Origin: a virus
Reading direction: 5' to 3' (one strand)
Virus record (IMG/VR): IMGVR_UViG_3300020041_000042
Location: 1-6,056 of that record
DNA: 6,056 nucleotides
Under the pieces are notes generated by a model. It was given only the letters and a program-made list of their open reading frames with translations. It searched no databases and was not told where the DNA came from. The translations under genes and the position numbers were made by a program. Shown piece after piece: positions 1 to 5,100 of the stretch (position 1 is its first letter; each line of letters opens with the position of its first letter).

Positions 1-121
1 AGCAGCCGACTAAAGCGATCGGGATTCGAGGGGACGACGGCCATAGGATGATACTTTAAGATGCTGCGAATCAAAGGTACTATTGCCGTGCCAGGAGTTG
101 TAGAAAACTGGCTAGTCGGAT
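1..121. repeat. Terminal direct repeat, copy 1, identical to 5936-6056. It is the overlap produced by linearising or assembling a circular genome.
   Basis: Base-by-base reading shows 1-121 (agcagccgactaaagcgatcggg...gctagtcggat) equals 5936-6056. The capsid reading frame runs through the junction without interruption. Confidence 0.95.
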
Positions 122-968
122 AAGGATTTAAATCACCCGCCAAATCACTCAACGCCATGACCGGGAAACCATCGCCGGAAGCGCCACTGCCTTCTATATC
201 CGACATAATAATCTGACCGTAAAGAGCGGCGCGATTATAAGAATTATTAGACGAGGAAAGAGCCGACGGGTAAAACTGGCTTTCAAAATAGGCGTCGAGG
301 TACTCAACATTACCGAAGCGTTGAGCAAAAAAGGATGCTTGTGGAAGAGGCTGCGACGAAAAAGCGCCGGAACCGTCTTCTGTAATATAGGAGGTTCCAG
401 GCCAGGCGAAAGAGTAAACACCCCACTGACTGTAGGCGTAATAGTTACGGACGATATCCCAATACGCTAGATAAGTATCAGAATTAAAATAAGCGGACGA
501 GTTGCCAGTAGTGGGAATAGACACACTTGTAGATTCTGCGTCGGTAAGCAACCGAGAGGGCTCCGTAACGGAGACACGAAGCCAATTAAAAAGCGAATTA
601 GAGTAACCACCACGCTTACTAAACATCTCAACGCCAGAAACAGCCGGAGTGCTGGGCGCCGGAATCCAGTTGAAGCTAACGCTATTCATGTCAAACTTAC
701 TGCTATTCGTTCGCATTTCAGGGTGGTACAGCTGCATCGGCACCCAAAAACGATGCAAACGAATAGTATAGGGATTGAACGTCGGAACAGCAAGGGGGTT
801 ACTGCGAACGTCAATACCCTGCTCAATAGATACGCGATCTCGAGCGTTAATGAAATCAATTCGCACCGGATACAAGATACCTGGTGTGCACGTAAAGGCT
901 TTGCTCTCAGGAACATCGTAACGAGAGTAACCATTTACAGCATGAGAGATAAAAGGTTGTTTTCCCAT
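1..968 (-). CDS. VP1: Microviridae major capsid protein VP1 (F-protein family), N-terminal about 322 codons. The gene continues across the circular junction into 5935->5101, for 600 aa in total.
   Basis: This is my own translation; the ORF track omits it because it runs off the window edge. ATG at 968-966 begins MGKQPFISHAVNGYSRYDVPESKAFTCTPGILYPVRIDFINARDRVSIEQGIDVRSNPLAVPTFNPYTIRLHRFWVPMQLYHPEM...SDTYLAYWDIVRNYYAYSQWG...IVPLIRSILKYHPMAVVPSNPDRFSRLL. There is no stop codon from 968 to 1. The frame matches ORF 5101..6009, since 968-74 is a multiple of 3. The N-terminal block (TPGxLxP, RxxFWVPxxxxxxxM) and the AYWDIVRNYY block are typical of microvirus capsid proteins. Confidence 0.93.
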   Translation of the reverse strand, partial: MGKQPFISHAVNGYSRYDVPESKAFTCTPGILYPVRIDFINARDRVSIEQGIDVRSNPLAVPTFNPYTIRLHRFWVPMQLYHPEMRTNSSKFDMNSVSFNWIPAPSTPAVSGVEMFSKRGGYSNSLFNWLRVSVTEPSRLLTDAESTSVSIPTTGNSSAYFNSDTYLAYWDIVRNYYAYSQWGVYSFAWPGTSYITEDGSGAFSSQPLPQASFFAQRFGNVEYLDAYFESQFYPSALSSSNNSYNRAALYGQIIMSDIEGSGASGDGFPVMALSDLAGDLNPYPTSQFSTTPGTAIVPLIRSILKYHPMAVVPSNPDRFSRL

Positions 969-971
969 AAA

Positions 972-2042
972 TTAAATAATTAGTTGAAGTTTATAGTGAT
1001 CTCTCCAAAACTGGAGAATATCCACGTCTAACCAAGTAGGGGGATCAAAATCGGGCATCTTCCGAGAAGACGCAGAGAAGCGCATTATTTGCTTTTGCTC
1101 CCACGTATACGACGCTCTACTGGATACGGCGGAATTGAGGGAGAACCGCTCAACACACAAAGACACAATACGCTTAACCAGAGGAGACTTGCTAAAACGT
1201 GCATAAGAATCAGCAGCGGTAATCGAGCGAACAACGTCGTCTTCCGGTTTGAGATACTTAAGATAGTATCGAGGAATCGAGTAATTATAATTGATACACT
1301 TCTCAAAATCGAAGTAAGACCACGACGAAACACGAGCAGAAGGGCAAGGCATATAACCAAGAAAATCACCAACGCCAGCAGATACGAATTTTCGCGTATA
1401 ACGGCGATGTTGGAGGAGGCAAGATAAAGGTGTAACATTTCCATCTACAGTAACATATTTATCCGAAATTTCTTCGGGATTGAATTGAATTTGTTTAGTA
1501 ACATACTTAACGCAATAACGAGCGCGTTTATGGGTAGCCTTCGCTAGCCACACAAAGCCAAGATCTCGAACAGCAGAACGAATAGTATTGTAAAGAACGT
1601 TTGTGCCAAATAGAAAGCCATGAAAATGCAATCGAGGTTCACTTCCCGTTTGGGGGTGAGTGCCGAACTCCTGAAAAAAGGCATGCTTAAACGAATGGCC
1701 AAGCTTATGACGAAGACGCTCGTTAAAACGGCGAATAAATCGAGAAGGGTCGAGTAAGGCCTCGTTATAATACTTCGGAGCAATCGTTATTGTAATAAAA
1801 ATAGCCTGCTGGTTATCAACCTTACAACGGGCAAGCTCGCGCTCTAGACGGACGAACCAGTCATTACGCTGACGACGCAAGCAATCTTCGCACTTTCCGC
1901 AGGGGACCATCAGCCACTGGCGGGCGATATCCCAGGGGCGAAGGGCTAAAGCAGACTTAGCGACATCAGAGCCATTACGACAAGGGTTTTTCTTATCGAA
2001 ATAACGGCGATTTCGTATCCATATGGGAGATAAACAGGGCAT
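972..2042 (-). CDS. VP4: Replication initiation protein VP4 (HUH rolling-circle endonuclease, phiX174 gene A family), 356 aa
   Basis: There is a CGKCEDC cysteine cluster (1901->1881) and RCR motif 1, FITITI (about 1799->1782). The HUH motif is LHFHGFLF, with HFH at 1628->1620. The two-tyrosine catalytic motif YCVKYVTK (1517->1503) resembles phiX A YVAKYVNK. The start ATG overlaps the upstream stop as TAATG. Confidence 0.93.
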   Translation of the reverse strand: MPCLSPIWIRNRRYFDKKNPCRNGSDVAKSALALRPWDIARQWLMVPCGKCEDCLRRQRNDWFVRLERELARCKVDNQQAIFITITIAPKYYNEALLDPSRFIRRFNERLRHKLGHSFKHAFFQEFGTHPQTGSEPRLHFHGFLFGTNVLYNTIRSAVRDLGFVWLAKATHKRARYCVKYVTKQIQFNPEEISDKYVTVDGNVTPLSCLLQHRRYTRKFVSAGVGDFLGYMPCPSARVSSWSYFDFEKCINYNYSIPRYYLKYLKPEDDVVRSITAADSYARFSKSPLVKRIVSLCVERFSLNSAVSSRASYTWEQKQIMRFSASSRKMPDFDPPTWLDVDILQFWRDHYKLQLII

Positions 2043-2242
2043 TAAAAAAGACTCTTAAGGCAATCAAACTTAATATAGGGATTAGTACGACGACAACGAA
2101 CAAGATAATCATTCGCAGCGCTTTCATCGGCGAACCAAGCGATAACGACTCGCCTTCTACCGCGATAAGCGCCAACGGAATAACGATGAATAATACTATT
2201 AACAACAAGAGAAAATCTAGGTCTAAAATCAAAATTATCCAT
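2042..2242 (-). CDS. Small basic hypothetical protein, 66 aa, translationally coupled to Rep. It sits in a VP5-like position and may bind DNA.
   Basis: ATG at 2242 is the first start after the intergenic terminator. Its TAA (2044->2042) overlaps the VP4 ATG (2042->2040). The protein has 10 Arg, including an RGRRR cluster, and I recognise no motif. A hydrophobic ORF in another frame (1993..2232) competes for the same DNA. Confidence 0.55.
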   Translation of the reverse strand: MDNFDFRPRFSLVVNSIIHRYSVGAYRGRRRVVIAWFADESAANDYLVRCRRTNPYIKFDCLKSLF

Positions 2243-2277
2243 AATCTGAAAATATTACCTTGTATTAACCGATGAAT

Positions 2278-2312
2278 AAAAAAACCCGCAGGAGATGAGC
2301 AATCTCCTGGGG
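2278..2312 (-). terminator. Rho-independent terminator on the coding (minus) strand
   Basis: The minus strand reads CCCCAGGAGAT-TGCTC-ATCTCCTGCGGG followed by TTTTTTT. That is a perfect 8-bp stem (CAGGAGAT/ATCTCCTG), three further G:C pairs across a 1-nt bulge, a 5-nt loop and a T7 tract (plus-strand A7 at 2278-2284). It lies in the 116-nt gap between ORF 2359.. and the 66-aa ORF. No T-run follows on the plus strand, so it acts in one direction only. Confidence 0.8.
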
Positions 2313-2358
2313 CTCAACGAGTTAAAGAACTCTTCCACCAAGCGGGCGGGTAACTATT

Positions 2359-2709
2359 TTAGTTCCCTTTCCCTTCTTCTTTCGACGTGCTTTCATAGCA
2401 ATCAATGTTGAAGTCAAACAAGACGACAATCGTATTGTCAAAGAATTCAATGCTAAAGCCGGGGAGACGTCCGCAGGCATTAATAATGTCGGGGAGTTTC
2501 GAATGCTCAATATAGAGCGAATCGCTAATACTCGAGCTCTCCAGAAAGGGCGAAATAGGAAAACTCGCAATAGAGTCAAGAGGAAGAGGTTTAAACTGAC
2601 CGTCTTCGATATGACCTACTTGGATAAGGTCAATTTTAAGAGCCGGATTAATCCGACGAATAACAACATGAATCTGTGACATAAGAGGAAAAAAATTAAA
2701 GTTCAACAT
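2359..2709 (-). CDS. Hypothetical protein, 116 aa from ATG 2709. The track ORF extends to a TTG at 2721, and ATG 2682 is an alternative start giving 107 aa.
   Basis: The ORF is on the coding strand and overlaps the upstream ORF's end by 14 nt (ATGTTGAACTTTAA). Sequence: MLNFNFFPLMSQIHVVIRRINPALKIDLIQVGHIEDGQFKPLPLD...FDFNIDCYESTSKEEGKGN. I recognise no family motif. It is the last gene before the terminator. Confidence 0.55.
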   Translation of the reverse strand: MLNFNFFPLMSQIHVVIRRINPALKIDLIQVGHIEDGQFKPLPLDSIASFPISPFLESSSISDSLYIEHSKLPDIINACGRLPGFSIEFFDNTIVVLFDFNIDCYESTSKEEGKGN

Positions 2710-3007
2710 CAAATCTTTCAAGAAAGTCTATCCATTCTCGCTCGACAGAGCACCAATAGGCTCGACCTTGAGGCGTAAGAACAAACGGAAAAGCTACAGA
2801 AATTGCATTGCGAAGCGTCAAGGATTTGCTGCGTAAAATCTCACGGAGATAAGAGCGAATGATTTCCCGAGGGTCAAAAAAGTCAGAGTCTTTGGGGAGG
2901 TTTGCGATAAATTTCGAATAGTATCCATGACGAATAAGCCATTCGACGAACAAATAATCAGCGACGTCCAAAATAAGAAGTCGAGAATCGATTTTGCCTC
3001 TTTTCAT
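2696..3007 (-). CDS. Hypothetical protein, 103 aa
   Basis: ATG at 3007 follows a 74-nt AT-rich spacer downstream of VP2. Sequence: MKRGKIDSRLLILDVADYLFVEWLIRHGYYSKF...AFPFVLTPQGRAYWCSVEREWIDFLERFDVEL. There is no transmembrane segment and no motif I can assign. It occupies the position where gokushoviruses carry scaffold VP3, but I cannot see similarity. Confidence 0.6.
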   Translation of the reverse strand: MKRGKIDSRLLILDVADYLFVEWLIRHGYYSKFIANLPKDSDFFDPREIIRSYLREILRSKSLTLRNAISVAFPFVLTPQGRAYWCSVEREWIDFLERFDVEL

Positions 3008-3033
3008 AATAATAGGGTTATTGGTTTACAACG

Positions 3034-3065
3034 CAAATATAAAAAATAAAAATTAAAAATGCAAG
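3034..3065 (-). promoter_or_regulatory. Candidate Bacteroidota-type (sigma-AB) promoter driving the 103-aa and 116-aa ORFs
   Basis: The minus strand reads CTTG (3065->3062), a 20-nt spacer, then TATATTTG (3041->3034). The Bacteroides consensus is -33 TTTG and -7 TAnnTTTG with a 19-21 nt spacer. Here the -7 element is exact and the -33 element matches 3 of 4. The -7 element ends 26 nt upstream of ATG 3007. Confidence 0.4.
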
Positions 3066-3081
3066 AAAAAAAACAATAATT

Positions 3082-4458
3082 TTACCTAACTCTACGAGCA
3101 TGATTATACGTACTCGAATAACCGCTACGATTCATTTCTGTTTTCGCATAACCAACAAGATTTCCTTTCGAATCGTAACGAGTTGTAAGTGAAGAGCCAG
3201 TGGAATTACTCGAAGATCCACCAGCAGAGATGGTGCTAGCCGCACGCGACATACCTCCGCGAATTATACCTGCACCAGCGATACTGGCGGCCGCACCAAC
3301 CAAAGCCTTGGAAATTTCAACATACGGATCAACCTTGGCATTACGAAGAGCAATCCGAGCTTGCTCAGGGAGAAAATCAGAAGCATTCGCTTCATTTATA
3401 GCGGTCTTGTCGTAGAAGTCCTTGAGAGACATCGAAATTTTAAAAGACCGAGGACCAGGATTGCCACGAGTAATAGGATTTCCGCTTCTAAGATTCGCCG
3501 AATATTGAGGATTAGGAATTTCAACTTCAAAACGCTTATCCCAATTGCGCGCAAGTTCATTGGCAGCATCGAGGTTGTTTAGACGCAAAGACTCTATGAC
3601 CTCACGAGCTTGCTCACCAAGGACTTGATTAAGAGCAGCCTGAGTATTCATCATAAAGGCCTGAGCAGACATAACAGCACCTAAATGCTCGTTCTCAATA
3701 CCCAAACGGCGAACCTCCGCAGCAGTTAAGGCAGCTTGATTCTTTTTTTCATCAATAGCGCTCAAAAGGGTAGCATCAGAGATAAAAAGCGCATTCTTTT
3801 CAAGACTTTCCTGTACCTTAAGAACATCAGTAACGGCCAAATTATGCTTAGTAGCAGCCTGATCTAGAGCTACGCGAGTTTGAGCCATGAGAGTATACAG
3901 CTGATGGCCGACGTTTTGATCGCTAATCGATTGAGCCTCGGCATTGTCGCGATTAGCGGCAGCGGAATTGCGGTCAACCGTAGACTGCGCAATCATATTT
4001 TGAGCGACGGCCGTAGGATCGCCAGAAACAAAGGCGCCAGGGCTGACGGGAGTACTACCAGAAGGGCCAGAAGCAGAAGGCATAGATGCAGAACCTCCCG
4101 ACATAGTAGCATTGACGCCAACACCTGAAGAACCGAGTACGGCAGCGGGCGTAACGCCGGCCTTCAAATAACGATCGAAAACCTTCGAAGGATCATTATA
4201 AGCATTCTCGTAGTCGAACTGTTTTTGCCAATTAGCGTAGGAAAGTTCAGACTGCTTTTGCATTTGCTCCAACGCGTACTGCTGTTGAAGCTTCATTTGC
4301 TTTTGCTGAAAACGCCATTGGCGACGAGCGTTCATGCCACCAAAAAGCTGGCCTAAAAAACCATTAATAAGACCGGTAGTTCCAGTAGAGGCGGCAGATT
4401 CACCAAGAGCACGACCGAAAGAAGCAGTGGCACCGGCGGCGGCAATAGGAGCAGACAT
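3082..4458 (-). CDS. VP2: Minor capsid / DNA pilot protein VP2 (phiX174 H-protein analogue), 458 aa
   Basis: The N-terminus is Gly/Ala-rich (MSAPIAAAGATASFGRALG...GLINGFLGQLFGG), followed by a Gln-rich helix (RRQWRFQQKQMKLQQQYALEQMQKQ). The block YNDPSKVFDRYLKAGVTPAAVLG resembles the conserved AG(L/V)NP block of microvirus VP2. A long region follows that looks helical or coiled-coil, then a Gly/Ala hydrophobic segment (ISKALVGAAASIAGAGIIRGG) and a Ser/Gly-rich tail. Its position after the capsid gene also fits. Confidence 0.85.
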   Translation of the reverse strand: MSAPIAAAGATASFGRALGESAASTGTTGLINGFLGQLFGGMNARRQWRFQQKQMKLQQQYALEQMQKQSELSYANWQKQFDYENAYNDPSKVFDRYLKAGVTPAAVLGSSGVGVNATMSGGSASMPSASGPSGSTPVSPGAFVSGDPTAVAQNMIAQSTVDRNSAAANRDNAEAQSISDQNVGHQLYTLMAQTRVALDQAATKHNLAVTDVLKVQESLEKNALFISDATLLSAIDEKKNQAALTAAEVRRLGIENEHLGAVMSAQAFMMNTQAALNQVLGEQAREVIESLRLNNLDAANELARNWDKRFEVEIPNPQYSANLRSGNPITRGNPGPRSFKISMSLKDFYDKTAINEANASDFLPEQARIALRNAKVDPYVEISKALVGAAASIAGAGIIRGGMSRAASTISAGGSSSNSTGSSLTTRYDSKGNLVGYAKTEMNRSGYSSTYNHARRVR

Positions 4459-4459
4459 G

Positions 4460-4651
4460 CTACAAATTAGTTAAATTGTTCGAACGAATAATGTAATCAA
4501 CACGCACAGTATCGATGTGAACGCCACTACGCTGCATTCTAGCTTGAGCTGAACACGAAGCAAGAAAAAAAGCAGCCAGCGCGGCAACGATAGACGAAAC
4601 AAGTGTCCAAAAAGCCTTCGACTTATAGAAGGGTTGTTTAGTATCAGACAT
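4460..4651 (-). CDS. Small predicted lipoprotein or membrane protein, 63 aa from ATG 4651. The track ORF extends to ATG 4762.
   Basis: MSDTKQPFYKSKAFW-TLVSSIVAALAAFFLA-SC has a Lys-containing n-region, a 16-aa hydrophobic core and a lipobox, L-A-S-C (Cys33 codon at 4555->4553). The mature part would be only 30 aa (SAQARMQRSGVHIDTVRVDYIIRSNNLTNL). The TAG stop lies 1 nt before the VP2 ATG. Confidence 0.65.
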   Translation of the reverse strand: MSDTKQPFYKSKAFWTLVSSIVAALAAFFLASCSAQARMQRSGVHIDTVRVDYIIRSNNLTNL

Positions 4652-4681
4652 AGAAATAAAAATTAAAGAACGATAGAAAAA

Positions 4682-4754
4682 TGCGCGGCCTCTCCTGCAG
4701 TCGTTACCAATAACCTTCAGCAATTCACGAACTCTTTCAGAAGGGGTCCGCGCA
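4682..4754 (-). other. GC-rich long imperfect hairpin in the spacer between the acidic ORF and the lipoprotein gene
   Basis: On the plus strand, tgcgcgg (4682-4688) is the exact reverse complement of ccgcgca (4748-4754). The stem can extend by 5 more pairs, including one G:T (cctct 4689-4693 with agggg 4742-4746), across a 1-nt bulge (t4747). On the coding strand the 3' arm is followed by ATTTTTCT. This is the most GC-rich patch in an otherwise AT-rich non-coding fraction. Confidence 0.45.
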
Positions 4755-4784
4755 CGTAGCATATATCGTCAAGTAAAGGATATA

Positions 4785-5081
4785 CTATTTTTCTTCAGAG
4801 GTAATAGACTTCGAAGCAGACTTCGACCGATCTATTTCTGAATCAATAAGTTCCTGGCCAACTTCGAGACCATCAAACTTATCCATACGAGAAAATGAGT
4901 TAGGGTCGAAGTCGATTTCGGGGTTGAACTTCTCGCCCTTCTCAAAGTCAGAGGGCTCAGCTGTCACATCCGGACGACCGGGTAAAACGTCAACGGTGCC
5001 GGAACCATCGAGGACAGACATAATTCGCTGTCCACGGGAAACGTATTGAGGAGGATCCTCTAAAAGCCAATCAAGTGCCAT
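4785..5081 (-). CDS. Acidic hypothetical protein, 98 aa from ATG 5081. The track ORF starts at a TTG at 5141, inside VP1. Possibly a scaffolding-type protein.
   Basis: ATG 5081 lies 19 nt after the VP1 stop cluster. Sequence: MALDWLLEDPPQYVSRGQRIMSVLDGSGTVDVLPGRPDVTAEPSDFEKGEKFNPEIDFDPNSFSRMDKFDGLEVGQELIDSEIDRSKSASKSITSEEK. It is strongly Asp/Glu-rich and looks low in predicted structure. I recognise no motif. Confidence 0.55.
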   Translation of the reverse strand: MALDWLLEDPPQYVSRGQRIMSVLDGSGTVDVLPGRPDVTAEPSDFEKGEKFNPEIDFDPNSFSRMDKFDGLEVGQELIDSEIDRSKSASKSITSEEK

Positions 5082-5100
5082 AGGTGAAATAATTTTATCA

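Noticed and set aside
1-121. The terminal repeats as biological direct terminal repeats, LTRs or transposon ends
   Set aside because: The repeat lies inside the capsid coding sequence, and the ORF is continuous only if the ends are joined. It therefore reflects circular permutation or assembly overlap rather than a packaged terminal redundancy or a mobile-element boundary.
1085-1444. A 119-aa same-strand alternative-frame ORF inside Rep (ATG start, hydrophobic segments), reminiscent of phiX gene B inside gene A. The similar nested ORFs are 194..421, 686..934, 1544..1783 and 2322..2579.
   Set aside because: With a T-rich coding strand, shifted frames are enriched in Phe, Leu, Ile and Val codons and are often open. 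Six such ORFs in 6 kb is consistent with chance. These lie wholly inside conserved genes and have no junction or regulatory context. Only 1993..2232 was kept as a speculative finding. The same synonymous-constraint test would settle all of them.
2243-2277. Sigma-70-like promoter (TAATAT as -10, TTTATT as -35) upstream of the 66-aa ORF
   Set aside because: The match is only 4/6 and 3/6 to consensus, the implied leader is almost absent, and there is no TAnnTTTG match. A promoter after the terminator is logically expected here, but the sequence evidence is too weak to annotate.
3066-3081. T8 tract on the coding strand just after the VP2 stop, considered as a possible terminator
   Set aside because: No stable hairpin precedes the T-run. 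The preceding sequence, GTTAGGTAAAATTATTG, has no stem. It looks like an AT-rich spacer or UP-like part of the candidate promoter.
4481-4510. Possible XerC/XerD dif-like site (gaataatgtaatcaa), which would allow lysogeny as in enterobacterial gokushoviruses
   Set aside because: Similarity to the E. coli dif core (GGTGCGCATAA-TGTATA-TTATGTTAAAT, from memory) is limited to the short ATAATGTA stretch. There are no recognisable XerC and XerD arms, and the stretch is inside the lipoprotein coding sequence. I see no support for integration.
4652-4762. N-terminal 37-aa extension of the 100-aa ORF (MLRARTPSERVRELLKVIGNDCRRGRAFFYRSLIFIS)
   Set aside because: It would put about 50 residues ahead of the hydrophobic core, which is atypical for a signal peptide. 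The stretch is Arg-rich and coincides with the GC-rich inverted repeat, so it looks like structured non-coding DNA that happens to be open. The ATG at 4651 gives a canonical signal peptide. The extension is not excluded.
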